NCBI GenBank assembly: GCA_036267775.1
Contig: DATAVM010000090.1
Span: 1,172 to 65,171 of the forward strand
DNA: 64,000 nucleotides
Reading direction: 5' to 3'
DNA from: Gemmatimonadales bacterium
Lineage (GTDB): Bacteria > Gemmatimonadota > Gemmatimonadetes > Gemmatimonadales > GWC2-71-9
Of this stretch, positions 27,329-36,440 are shown piece after piece. The notes below the pieces were generated by a model. The model was not told where the DNA came from and searched no databases. It saw nothing but the letters and a program-made list of their open reading frames with translations. Position 1 is the stretch's first letter; each line of letters begins with the position of its first letter. The position numbers and the translations under genes are program-made.

Positions 27329-27955
27329 TCAATCCTTTTCCCACGGGGCCAGGAGCGCCTGTGCCGCGCGATAGCAATCTGGCGCATCCCAGGCTGCCGT
27401 GATGGCTGCGACCCCCCAGGCGCCCGCCTGGCGGGCCTCGGCCGCCCGTGCTGCGGTGACGCCGCCAATGGCAAAGACCGGCACGCCGAGCGCCACGACT
27501 GCTTCAAGCAGCACCAGCCCCGCGACCGCGCCGGCATGGGTCGTCGTGGGCCAGATGCTGCCCACGACGAGGCCGTCGACGCCCTGGTCGGCCGCCATGG
27601 CCGCCTCCGCCGCCGAATGGACCGATTGCAGCACGATCGCCGCGTGCGTCGGACCCAGCACCCGTCGGGCATCGCTCGGCGCGAGATCGCGGCGGCGGAG
27701 TATCACGCCGCTGGCGCCGGTCGCGCTCGCGATGTCGGCGCGACCGGTGACAAGTACCGTGGCCATCGGCGGTCGGGTGAGCGACACGAAGCGCTCCGCG
27801 AGTGCCGCAAGGGCGTCGGCGCTCGCCAGCGGAGCGCGGGCCACGAGTGCCACGGCTGGCCCTCGAGCCGCGAGTGCGGCAGCGCGTACCCCCAGATCGG
27901 GCAGTGCCGCCACGCGATCGTCGGCGTACGCGAGGAGGCGAGGCAGCGGTCTCAC
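27329..27955 (-). CDS. thiE: Thiamine-phosphate synthase
   Basis: 208 aa TIM-barrel-like protein directly upstream of thiS-thiG. C-terminal VPVFAIGGVT is typical of ThiE. Sequence conservation is weaker than for its neighbours. Confidence 0.7.
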   Translation of the reverse strand: MRPLPRLLAYADDRVAALPDLGVRAAALAARGPAVALVARAPLASADALAALAERFVSLTRPPMATVLVTGRADIASATGASGVILRRRDLAPSDARRVLGPTHAAIVLQSVHSAAEAAMAADQGVDGLVVGSIWPTTTHAGAVAGLVLLEAVVALGVPVFAIGGVTAARAAEARQAGAWGVAAITAAWDAPDCYRAAQALLAPWEKD

Positions 27956-28878
27956 ACCAGTTGCTTCTCACCGCCGCCGATGCCGCGCAACCACTCCGCG
28001 GCTGGCATGCGCCGTTTGCCCGCGGGCTGCACCTCGCCAATGGTGATCCAGCCGTCGCGCGCGGCGACCGTCAGCGCGCCGGCATCGCCGCGAATCGTTC
28101 CCGGGGCTTCCGCTGGAGTTGATCCCGTGAGTGTTGGTGCGAACAGCTTGATGTCCGCCCCCTGGTACGTGCTCCATGCTCCGGGCGCAGGGTCCATGGC
28201 GCGCATACGGCACGACACGCTGAACGCCGATTCGTGCCATTGCACGCGGGCGAGTGCGCGATCGACTTTGGGCGCGAGGGTGACGCCGTCGAGCGGTTGC
28301 GGCACAGGCGTCTTGCCCGCGGCGATTGCGGGCAGCGTGGCGATCAGCGTTGCTGCGCCGAGCGTCGCGAGTGCCGGCGTGAGCGAGCCGGTGGTGTCGC
28401 CCGGGCCGATTGGCATGGTGGCCGTCTGCCACACGGCACCGGTATCGAGTCCCGCTTCGATTCGCATGATGGCGACCCCGGTGTTGGCATCGCCGGAAAG
28501 CATCGCCCACTGGATGGGCGCTGCCCCGCGCCAGCGCGGCAGGAGCGACGCGTGCACGTTGACCAGGCCCAGGCGGAAGAGTGCGAAGATGTCGGGGCGA
28601 ATCAGATGGCCGTACGCGACCACGACGCCAAGATCGGCGTGATACGCGCTGAGTGCCGCGACAAACTCCGCGCCCCGCGGCCGGTCGGGCTGCAGCACAG
28701 GAATGCTGGTGCGCTGCGCGAGCTCCTTGACCGGCGGAGGGACCAATGTCGAGTGGGATCGGGCGTGTGGGCGGTCGGGCTGTGTGACCACGGCCGCGAC
28801 ATCGACGCCGGCCTCGAGCAGTGCCGCAAGGCTCGGCACGGCAAAGTGTGGCGTGCCGAAAAAGACGACACGCATCAA
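27952..28878 (-). CDS. fmt: Methionyl-tRNA formyltransferase
   Basis: 308 aa. MRVVFFGTPHFAVPSL..., NVHASLLPRWRGAAPIQWA. Confidence 0.92.
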   Translation of the reverse strand: MMRVVFFGTPHFAVPSLAALLEAGVDVAAVVTQPDRPHARSHSTLVPPPVKELAQRTSIPVLQPDRPRGAEFVAALSAYHADLGVVVAYGHLIRPDIFALFRLGLVNVHASLLPRWRGAAPIQWAMLSGDANTGVAIMRIEAGLDTGAVWQTATMPIGPGDTTGSLTPALATLGAATLIATLPAIAAGKTPVPQPLDGVTLAPKVDRALARVQWHESAFSVSCRMRAMDPAPGAWSTYQGADIKLFAPTLTGSTPAEAPGTIRGDAGALTVAARDGWITIGEVQPAGKRRMPAAEWLRGIGGGEKQLV

Positions 28879-29411
28879 TCGGCCGCCTTCGGCTCCTCGG
28901 GCTGCGGCGTGCGGGTGAGCGGGTCGCCGCGGTGTTCCTTCTTCCAGCGCGTGACGATGAGTTGCCGTTTCATCGGCTTGAGGTGATCGATGAAGAGCAC
29001 ACCGTCGAGATGGTCGAGCTCGTGCTGGATGGCGCGGGCCACCAGGCCGCCCGCTTCGAGACGGAACGGCGCGCCATGCTCGTCAAGCGCCTCGAGGACC
29101 AGCCGCTCGGGGCGGGTGACGTCGGCAAAGGCATCGGGAATGGAAAGACAGCCCTCTTCCTTGGTGTCCTCGCCGGCGGGCTCACTCACGCGCGGATTGA
29201 TCATCGCGAAGGTCTGCCCTTCGGCGTTGATCACGGCCACGCGGCGCGCGACGCCCACCTGATTGGCCGCGAGTCCAACGCCGTTCGCGGCCGCCATCGT
29301 TTCAAAGAGGTCTTCGACGAAGGCGCGCACTTCCTCGTCCACCACGTCGATCTCTTCGGCGCGGCGGCGCAGCACGGGCGAGCCCAGAATGTGAATGTCG
29401 CGCACCGCCAT
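28875..29411 (-). CDS. def: Peptide deformylase
   Basis: 178 aa. GVGLAANQVG, EGCLSIP, QHELDHLDG. Confidence 0.92.
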   Translation of the reverse strand: MAVRDIHILGSPVLRRRAEEIDVVDEEVRAFVEDLFETMAAANGVGLAANQVGVARRVAVINAEGQTFAMINPRVSEPAGEDTKEEGCLSIPDAFADVTRPERLVLEALDEHGAPFRLEAGGLVARAIQHELDHLDGVLFIDHLKPMKRQLIVTRWKKEHRGDPLTRTPQPEEPKAAD

Positions 29412-29692
29412 CAGCTATCGGTCTCCGGCGCGTTGACCGTGCCCACGCGCACAATGCGGCTGCGATCCACGACGATCTGCGCGGTCCCGGTCTCGATGGT
29501 GAGCCGATCGACCTTCACGTCGCGCACCTTGCCCATGATCCCGCCGGCGGTCATCACGTCATCGCCCTTCTTGATGCCATCCTGCATGGCGGCCGTGGTC
29601 TTCCGCGCCTGCGCCTGTGGCCGGATCATGAACCAGTAGATCACGGCAAAGAGGGCCAGCAGTTGCAGCGCAATCATCACGGTCTGCGACAT
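29411..29692 (-). CDS. yajC: Preprotein translocase subunit YajC
   Basis: Track frame 29411..29740 trimmed to the ATG at 29690-29692 (ATGA overlap with the tgt stop). MSQTVMIALQLLALFAVIYWFMIRPQ...GDDVMTAGGIMGKV. Confidence 0.85.
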   Translation of the reverse strand: MSQTVMIALQLLALFAVIYWFMIRPQAQARKTTAAMQDGIKKGDDVMTAGGIMGKVRDVKVDRLTIETGTAQIVVDRSRIVRVGTVNAPETDS

Positions 29693-30825
29693 CAGTGTTC
29701 GCCTTTCGCGAAGTAGCGTCGCCGCCATTCGGCGGCCCACGCATCGAACGTCCCGTTGAGAATTCGCTCGCGCGCCGTCTCACCCAGACGGATCAGGAAG
29801 CGGATGTTGTGGATCGAGACCATGCGCGGCCCGAGATGTTCCTCGGCGACAAACAGGTGCCGCAGATACGCCCGCGAAAAGCGAGTGCACGCTTCGCAAT
29901 CGCAGGTCGGATCGAGCGGTCCCGCATCGAGCCGGAGTGCCGAGCCCCGCACGTTCACCTTGCCATCCGCGGTCCAGGCGCTGCCGTGACGGCCGTTACG
30001 CGTCGCGGCCACACAATCGAACAGATCCACACCGCGGGCAATCCCCTCCAGCAGATCGTCGGGAAAGCCCACGCCCATAAGATAACGCGGCAGGGCTTGT
30101 GGCAGCGCGGGTTCCAGCGCCTCCAGCACCGCGTGCATGGTGGGCTTGGGCTCGCCCACCGAGAGGCCGCCCACGGCGACACCGGTCCAGTCGCCGGTCG
30201 CGAGGATGCCGTCGAGCGAGGCCCGGCGCAGGTCCGCGTGCGTGCCGCCCTGCACGATCGGCCAGAGGGTCTGGCGACCGGGCGCGCCGTCGCTCAAGGT
30301 CTGGTGGTGATGACGGCAGCGCTCGAGCCAGCGCAGCGTATGCTCCATCGCGGCGCGCGCGTCGTCGTGGCTCGCCTGACCCGGTATGAGGTGGTCGAAT
30401 GCCATCGCGATATCGGCGCCGAGAGCCCACTGGATATCCACGGCGCGCTCAGGCGTGAGACGGTGCAGCGAGCCGTCGACATGCGACACAAAATCGACGC
30501 CGTCTTCATCGACCTTGCGCATGCCGCTCAGCGAGAAGACTTGAAAGCCGCCGGAATCGGTGAGAATGGGCCGTTGCCACGTCGAGAACTGATGCAATCC
30601 GCCGAGGGCGGCAATGACATCCTCACCCGGACGCAGGTGCAGGTGATAGGTGTTGCCGAGCAGGATCTGCGCACCCGCGCGCTCGACTTCGGCCGGATGC
30701 AGCCCGCGCACGGCGCCGCGCGTGCCGACCGGCATGAAGCACGGTGTCTTGACCGTGCCGTGTGGCAGCGTGAGTGTCCCGGCGCGCGCGGCACCAGCGC
30801 GGCCGTCGAGCGTAAACTCAAACAC
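29692..30825 (-). CDS. tgt: tRNA-guanine transglycosylase (queuine tRNA-ribosyltransferase)
   Basis: 377 aa. TPCFMPVGT, ILLGNTYHL, TDSGGFQV, VGGLSVGEPK, and the Zn site CDCEAC...H. Confidence 0.92.
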   Translation of the reverse strand: MFEFTLDGRAGAARAGTLTLPHGTVKTPCFMPVGTRGAVRGLHPAEVERAGAQILLGNTYHLHLRPGEDVIAALGGLHQFSTWQRPILTDSGGFQVFSLSGMRKVDEDGVDFVSHVDGSLHRLTPERAVDIQWALGADIAMAFDHLIPGQASHDDARAAMEHTLRWLERCRHHHQTLSDGAPGRQTLWPIVQGGTHADLRRASLDGILATGDWTGVAVGGLSVGEPKPTMHAVLEALEPALPQALPRYLMGVGFPDDLLEGIARGVDLFDCVAATRNGRHGSAWTADGKVNVRGSALRLDAGPLDPTCDCEACTRFSRAYLRHLFVAEEHLGPRMVSIHNIRFLIRLGETARERILNGTFDAWAAEWRRRYFAKGEH

Positions 30826-31347
30826 TCAGCGCACGACCACGAGCAATCGCTCGATCTGGCGGCGATGCCTGAGATCGTGGCCGGCGATCATCTTGCGCAG
30901 CGTGTCGGCGGTCTCGGGGCCGCGCTCCATGTGCATGCCGATGCGGTCGAGGTCGGCCGGCGTTGTGGTACGCCAGATCCGGTAGTTCCAGTGCCGCAGC
31001 GACGTGAACACGTGCAGCGCTTCGGCGGAATCTGCGTTGGCGTAGTCGAAACGCGTGAGCCACGCGCCCTGGTCGTAGCCCAGCATTGGCGGCCGGTCCT
31101 GCGTGAGGATGATGCGCACGCGCCAGGCAAACGCGATCTCGGCGTCGGCAAGATGCGACAGCACTTCCACCAGCGACCATCGGCCCGGACCTTCGGGGCG
31201 CCGCATGGCCGCATCGCTCAGCCCATGCACGCGCTCGGCGATCCAGGCCGGCGTCTCGGCCATGATCGCAAGGGGATCGCGATCGCCGAGGAGGGCAAAG
31301 GTCTCGCGGACATAGTCCGTGGTCGCGGGATTGATCGGTGCGGTCAT
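30826..31347 (-). CDS. DinB-family (DinB_2-like four-helix-bundle) protein
   Basis: Track frame trimmed to the ATG at 31345-31347 (173 aa). WSLVEVLSHLADAEIAF... and C-terminal IAGHDLRHRRQIERL are typical His-containing DinB-fold helices. Confidence 0.65.
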   Translation of the reverse strand: MTAPINPATTDYVRETFALLGDRDPLAIMAETPAWIAERVHGLSDAAMRRPEGPGRWSLVEVLSHLADAEIAFAWRVRIILTQDRPPMLGYDQGAWLTRFDYANADSAEALHVFTSLRHWNYRIWRTTTPADLDRIGMHMERGPETADTLRKMIAGHDLRHRRQIERLLVVVR

Positions 31348-31390
31348 CGGGTCGGTACTCCGGATGGCGGGAAGAAGAGCGGCGCCGCGC

Positions 31391-32434
31391 TCAGATGATG
31401 CACATCGCGTCGCCATAGCTGTAGAAGCGATACTGTGCTGCGACCGCGTGCGTGTAGGCGGCAAGGGTGCGATCATAGCCGGCGAACGCCGCCACGAGCA
31501 TGAGCAGCGTGGAGCGCGGCAGATGGAAATTGGTGATGAGGCGGTCGACCACGCGAAAGCGGAATCCGGGAGTGATCAGCAGCGAGGTTGTCGCAGGACC
31601 CGCTGTTACGCTGCCCGCATCGCGGGCGGCGCTCTCGAGTGCGCGCACCACGGTCGTGCCAACCGCCCACACGCTGCCGCCGCGCGCGCGGCACACGTCG
31701 ATTGCCGCGGCGAGAGTGTCCGGAATATCGAATCGCTCGGTGTGCATCGGATGCGCGGCGACGTCGCCATCGTCCATCGGCCGGAACGTCCCGGGGCCGA
31801 CTTCGAGATCGAGTGCGGCGACCGCAACGCCGGCGTGCTCGAGCGCCTCGAGGAGTTCCTGCGTGAAGTGCAGGCCGGCCGTCGGTGCGGCGACACTTCC
31901 CTCACGCGCGGCGTACACCGTCTGGTAGCGCTCTTCGTCGGCGATGGTCGGCGCGCGCGTGATGTACGGCGGCAGCGGCAGCTGCCCAAAGCGCGCGATC
32001 GCTTCCGCCGCGGTGGCACCGACAAACGCCACGCGGCGCATGCCATCGGGACGTACGTCGAGTGTTTCCACAAACACCTCGTCGCCGAGTGCCACACGCT
32101 TGCCCGGCTGCAGCGCGCTGCCGGGGCGTCCCATCGCGAGCCATGTGTCCTGGCCGGCGGGATGCACGAGCAGCACTTCCGCCGTGCCATTTCCCGAAGC
32201 TCGCGTGCCGACCAGACGGGCGTGGCGAACGCGCGTGGCATTGACGACGACGAGGTCGCCGGCGGGAATCAGCTCGACGAGATCGGCAAAGTGGCCATCG
32301 CGCATGGGCGCCTCACCGCTGCGGTCCATCACCAGCAGGCGCGAGGTACCGCGCGTAGCCACCGGTGTCTGCGCGATCAGCTCCTGCGGCAACGCGTAGT
32401 CAAAATCCGCGGCGGTCCACGGCTTCTCAGCCAT
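31391..32434 (-). CDS. queA: S-adenosylmethionine:tRNA ribosyltransferase-isomerase
   Basis: Track frame 31391..32977 trimmed to the ATG at 32432-32434. [52 protein letters not shown]. Confidence 0.92.
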   Translation of the reverse strand: MAEKPWTAADFDYALPQELIAQTPVATRGTSRLLVMDRSGEAPMRDGHFADLVELIPAGDLVVVNATRVRHARLVGTRASGNGTAEVLLVHPAGQDTWLAMGRPGSALQPGKRVALGDEVFVETLDVRPDGMRRVAFVGATAAEAIARFGQLPLPPYITRAPTIADEERYQTVYAAREGSVAAPTAGLHFTQELLEALEHAGVAVAALDLEVGPGTFRPMDDGDVAAHPMHTERFDIPDTLAAAIDVCRARGGSVWAVGTTVVRALESAARDAGSVTAGPATTSLLITPGFRFRVVDRLITNFHLPRSTLLMLVAAFAGYDRTLAAYTHAVAAQYRFYSYGDAMCII

Positions 32435-33464
32435 CGAGCAGCGACGGTTGCGCGTCGTCCGGGCGGGTGGGTGGCACGACGCCGAGTCGGCGGTAGGCGT
32501 GACGCGTGGCGACGCGACCGCGCTGAGTGCGCTCGAGAAAGCCCTGCTGCATGAGGTACGGTTCGTACACTTCTTCGAGCGTCGCCACGTCTTCGCCCAC
32601 GGCCGCCGCGATCGTGGCCACACCGACCGGGCCGCCATCGAATTTTTCGATGATGGTGCTGAGGATGCGCGTGTCCATGTCGTCGAGGCCGAACTCATCG
32701 ACGTTGAGGCGTTCGAGCGCCGCGATCGCCACGTCGCCGGTGATGTGCCCACTGGCGCGCACCTCGGCAAAGTCGCGCACGCGGCGGAGCAGGCGATTGG
32801 CCACACGCGGCGTGCCGCGAGCGCGTTTGGCGATTTCCACCGCGCCGGTGCTGTCGATCGGCACATGGAGCAGGTCGGCGGAGCGGCGGACAATGGTCGC
32901 GAGGTCGTCGGGCGAGTAGAAACTGAGCCGCTCCACCATGCCAAAGCGCGCACGCATCGGCGGCGTGAGCAGACCAAACCGCGTCGTGGCGCCGATCAAC
33001 GTGAAGCGCTCCACGTTCATGGGCAGCGTCTGGCCATGCGGGCCGTCGCTCAGGCGCACATCGACGTGAAAGTCCTCCATCGCGGGATAGAGAAACTCCT
33101 CGAGCTGCGGCCGCAGGCGATGAATCTCGTCGATGAAGAGGATGTCGCCGGGGCCCAGCGCCGTGAGCAAGCCCACCAGATCACCGGCGCGCTCGAGCAC
33201 CGGCCCCGACGTGGTGCGGCATTGCACGCCCATTTCGCGGGCGATCAGCAACGCCAGCGTGGTCTTCCCCAGGCCGGGCGGGCCAAAGAACAGCAGATGG
33301 TCGAGCGCCTCGCCGCGCTTGCGGGCCGCGTCGATGGCGATCTGGAGCGAGGTGCGGACCTGCGGCTGGCCGACGAACTCGTCGAGCCGGGAAGGGCGCA
33401 ACGCGGCCTCGGAGCTGCCCTCGTCGGGCAGCGCTGCCGGTGTCGTGACCTCCGTACGGCTCAC
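32427..33464 (-). CDS. ruvB: Holliday junction branch-migration helicase RuvB
   Basis: 345 aa. Walker [10 protein letters not shown], Walker [19 protein letters not shown] start. Confidence 0.95.
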   Translation of the reverse strand: MSRTEVTTPAALPDEGSSEAALRPSRLDEFVGQPQVRTSLQIAIDAARKRGEALDHLLFFGPPGLGKTTLALLIAREMGVQCRTTSGPVLERAGDLVGLLTALGPGDILFIDEIHRLRPQLEEFLYPAMEDFHVDVRLSDGPHGQTLPMNVERFTLIGATTRFGLLTPPMRARFGMVERLSFYSPDDLATIVRRSADLLHVPIDSTGAVEIAKRARGTPRVANRLLRRVRDFAEVRASGHITGDVAIAALERLNVDEFGLDDMDTRILSTIIEKFDGGPVGVATIAAAVGEDVATLEEVYEPYLMQQGFLERTQRGRVATRHAYRRLGVVPPTRPDDAQPSLLDG

Positions 33465-33643
33465 GCGGCCTCGGCCCGCCAGCGCACCGGACGCTCACCG
33501 CGGTGAAGCACGTGCGGCAGGTGGCACGTCACGCAGCGGTCGGTGGCCTCGACAGCAGCTGCAGCCACGAGACGGCGGTTCGTGCTGCCGCAGCGGGTGC
33601 AGATCCATTCGGCGGTGATGACAGGAGGCACAGCAGTCCACAT
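33461..33643 (-). CDS. Small zinc-ribbon-like protein (60 aa, CxxC...CxxC) between ruvA and ruvB
   Basis: [60 protein letters not shown]. The ATG lies 6 nt after the ruvA stop, and the TGA overlaps the ruvB GTG (GTGA). The ORF fills the whole ruvA-ruvB gap. Confidence 0.45.
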   Translation of the reverse strand: MWTAVPPVITAEWICTRCGSTNRRLVAAAAVEATDRCVTCHLPHVLHRGERPVRWRAEAA

Positions 33644-33649
33644 GATCGG

Positions 33650-34237
33650 TCAGGTCCTTGCGAGCAGAGGAAGAGCGTGGCGCACGAGTGCCGCGGTTTC
33701 GCGCGATGCGCCCTGGTCGAGCGCCGTACGGACCGCGATCTCCGCGGCGGCGGCAGTATAGCCGAGGCCCACGAGTGCGCGCACGGCGTCGGCGGATGGC
33801 GAGTCGACGGCGGGGCCCGGCGTGAAGGTCACATCGTCAAAGCGATCGCCCAGTTCCAGGGCAATTCGCTCCGCCTTCTTCTTGCCGATGCCGGACACGG
33901 TGGCAAGCACCGCATGATCGCGTTCGCGAACGGCGCGCACCGTACGATCGGGGCCCAGCGCGGACAGAATGGCGAGTGCGAGTCGCGGGCCGACACCCGA
34001 CGCACCCATCAACCGCTGGAAGACCATGCGCTCGCCGGGAGCGTCGAAGCCATAGAGCGACCAGCCGTCTTCCCGCACCACGAGCTCGGTGTGCAGGTGC
34101 ACCGTCTGACCGGCCGGGGGCAGGCGTTCGAACACGCCGAGTGGCACCTCGAGCAGATAGCCCGTGCCGCCGGTGGTCTCGACCACGATGCCGCCGATGT
34201 CTCGCACGGCAAGCATGCCGCGTACCGAAGCGATCAT
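33650..34237 (-). CDS. ruvA: Holliday junction DNA-binding protein RuvA
   Basis: 195 aa. MIASVRGML..., HLHTELVVREDGWSLYGF, two HhH motifs (GVGPRLALAILS, SGIGKKKAERI). Confidence 0.9.
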   Translation of the reverse strand: MIASVRGMLAVRDIGGIVVETTGGTGYLLEVPLGVFERLPPAGQTVHLHTELVVREDGWSLYGFDAPGERMVFQRLMGASGVGPRLALAILSALGPDRTVRAVRERDHAVLATVSGIGKKKAERIALELGDRFDDVTFTPGPAVDSPSADAVRALVGLGYTAAAAEIAVRTALDQGASRETAALVRHALPLLART

Positions 34238-34728
34238 CGCTTGAATCCGACGCGCGCGCGCGGCTCGGCGCGCAGCAGATGCGTGAGTGCGATGGCGACA
34301 CCGTCGGCGGCATCGGCGGGACGGGGCGATTGCGTCAGCCGCAACAGCCGCGCGATCATCGCTCCGACCTGGGACTTGGAAGCGGCCCCCGTGCCGGTGA
34401 CTGCGCGTTTTACCTCGGCCGGAGAAATCTCCGCGACTACCAATCCCGCACGCTCGACGGCAAGGAGCACCACGCCGCGTGCGTGCCCCAACACGAGCGC
34501 GCTGCGGGCGTTCTTGCCGTGAAAGAGACCTTCCACCGCGACGACATCGGGATGATGCCGGCCAATGAGTTCGGTGAGCGCGTCAAAGATGACGGCCAGA
34601 CGGAGGCTGAGCGATTCACCGGCGCGGGTCCGCACCACGCCGCATTCCACGAGCGACGCCGCGTGCGCTGCGCCGCCGGTCACCACGCCGTAACCCAGGG
34701 TCGCGGTGCCCGGATCGATGCCGAGCAC
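34234..34728 (-). CDS. ruvC: Crossover junction endodeoxyribonuclease RuvC
   Basis: Track frame 34234..35106 trimmed to the GTG at 34726-34728, giving (M)LGIDPGTATLGYGVV... This matches the RuvC N-terminus. Also VAVEGLF and DAADGVAIAL. Confidence 0.85.
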   Translation of the reverse strand: MLGIDPGTATLGYGVVTGGAAHAASLVECGVVRTRAGESLSLRLAVIFDALTELIGRHHPDVVAVEGLFHGKNARSALVLGHARGVVLLAVERAGLVVAEISPAEVKRAVTGTGAASKSQVGAMIARLLRLTQSPRPADAADGVAIALTHLLRAEPRARVGFKR

Positions 34729-34748
34729 GGTGAGCGACCGCGGCGGGG

Positions 34749-35498
34749 TCAGGCGCCTGCCTCCTCGAGTTCGAGGGCGTCGACATCGAGGTTGGTAAAG
34801 ACCTTGGACACATCCTCGAGTTCCTCGAGGACGTCGATCAACTGCAGCAGCTTCTGCGCATCCGCGGCATGGAGCTTGACGACGTTCCTCGCGACCATTT
34901 CGATTTCCGAGGACTCGGGCTGGTAGCCCTTGGCCTTGAGGCGATCGATGACGGCGTGGAAGGTGTTGGGCTCGCTGGTGACGATGTAGAGATCGCCGTC
35001 GACCACAAAATCGGCGGCGCCGGCTTCGAGGGCATCGTTCATCGCAGTCTCTTCGGGGATCTTGCCCGCCGGAATCGCGATCATGCCTTTGCGATCGAAC
35101 ATCCATGCCACCGAGTTGGTCGCGCCAAGGTTGCCGTTGTTGCGTGAGAAGGCGTGGCGGATCTCGGCCACCGTGCGATTGGCGTTGTCCGTAGAGGCCT
35201 CGACCAGAATGGCGGTGCCGCCCGGCCCGTAACCTTCGTAGGTGACCTCTTCATAGCTCACGCCCGCGAGTTCGCCCGTGCCCTTCTTGACGGCGCGGTC
35301 GATGTTCTCGTTCGGCATGTTGGCGGCTTTGGCGTCGTCGATCGCCTTGCGCAGCCGCGGATTGCCGCCGGCGTCACCACCACCGGCCTTGGCCGCCACG
35401 GTGATTTCCCGGATGAGCTTGGTCCAGGCCTGCGCGCGGCGCGAGTCCGTCACCGCCTTCTTGCGCTTGATCTGCTTCCACTTGCTATGCCCAGCCAC
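34749..35498 (-). CDS. yebC: YebC/PmpR-family DNA-binding transcriptional regulator
   Basis: 249 aa. (V)AGHSKWKQIKRKK, GGDAGGNPRL. GTG start with an AGGAGG Shine-Dalgarno 5 nt upstream. Confidence 0.92.
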   Translation of the reverse strand: MAGHSKWKQIKRKKAVTDSRRAQAWTKLIREITVAAKAGGGDAGGNPRLRKAIDDAKAANMPNENIDRAVKKGTGELAGVSYEEVTYEGYGPGGTAILVEASTDNANRTVAEIRHAFSRNNGNLGATNSVAWMFDRKGMIAIPAGKIPEETAMNDALEAGAADFVVDGDLYIVTSEPNTFHAVIDRLKAKGYQPESSEIEMVARNVVKLHAADAQKLLQLIDVLEELEDVSKVFTNLDVDALELEEAGA

Positions 35499-35600
35499 CG
35501 GTCCTCCTGCGGTTCAAGCCGGGATCATAGCCGCCGGTGGACGGCCCGGCAACGCGCTGCCACGCTTGCCCGGGCCGGGGTCGCTGGCTACGGTTCGCGC

Positions 35601-36071
35601 ATGCGCAATCCAGTGATGCTGTCGCTGGCGGCAGGGCTCGTCGCCCTCGCCGCCTGCAAGGGGCACGACAAGGCCAATCAAGCGGTGGTTCCGCCGCTGC
35701 AAAAGGTGCTGCCCAATATCCCGCTGCCCCCCCAGGGGACAGCGTTGGTCGAGCAGCATGGCACGAATGCCGTGCAGTTCATCATGGTGTCACCGCTGCC
35801 GCCGGATTCGGTGACCGATTACTACCGCAAGATTCTCTCGAACCCGCCGTTTCATATCGTGAATGAAACCACGCAGCGCGGCACCACCAGCTTCTACGCC
35901 GAGCAGACCGGTCCCTCGCTCTGGATCACCGTGGCCGCCAACGGCGACCAGGGCTCGCAGATCACGATTGCCGGGGCGTCGGCGGACTCGGTGGACGCGC
36001 GCCTCAAGAGCCTCCCGGTTCCGCAGGCCAAGAATGCGCCGTCAATACCGCTGAAGTCGATCGGCGGGTAG
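35601..36071 (+). CDS. Hypothetical lipoprotein
   Basis: Track frame 35154..36071 trimmed to the ATG at 35601. Lipobox MRNPVMLSLAAGLVALAAC. 156 aa, no family recognised. Confidence 0.55.
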   Translation: MRNPVMLSLAAGLVALAACKGHDKANQAVVPPLQKVLPNIPLPPQGTALVEQHGTNAVQFIMVSPLPPDSVTDYYRKILSNPPFHIVNETTQRGTTSFYAEQTGPSLWITVAANGDQGSQITIAGASADSVDARLKSLPVPQAKNAPSIPLKSIGG

Positions 36072-36440
36072 CCCTTCGTAGATCAGCCGGACCGCGTGTG
36101 CCACCGCCTCTGCCGCCTCGGGGCCAAGAGCATCGCGGGCCGGCGCCACCAGTTGCGCCAGCGCGATTCGTGCGCCTTCCGGCGTGGCTTCCTCCAGGTG
36201 GCCCAGCGCGGCGGTGAGGCCGCGCGCCAGAGGGCGCGGCACCCCTAACGGCGCCAATCGCTGTGATAGCAGCGCGATCCGGCGGCGGTCGTTGCGGTCG
36301 GGTACTTCTCCCGCAAACGCCACATCCAGTGCGGTGCGGACCGTGACCCAGAGCGCGAATGCGCCCTCGCGCTTGGGCCCGCGCTCGAAGCGCCGCTGCA
36401 AATCCAGCAGCACCATCAACGGCGGCTCCCATTCGCTCAT
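36042..36440 (-). CDS. Hypothetical protein (132 aa) downstream of the GT9 gene
   Basis: Track frame 36042..36542 trimmed to the ATG at 36438-36440 (ATGA overlap with the GT9 stop). No family recognised. The 3' end overlaps the convergent lipoprotein gene by 30 nt. Confidence 0.45.
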   Translation of the reverse strand: MSEWEPPLMVLLDLQRRFERGPKREGAFALWVTVRTALDVAFAGEVPDRNDRRRIALLSQRLAPLGVPRPLARGLTAALGHLEEATPEGARIALAQLVAPARDALGPEAAEAVAHAVRLIYEGLPADRLQRY

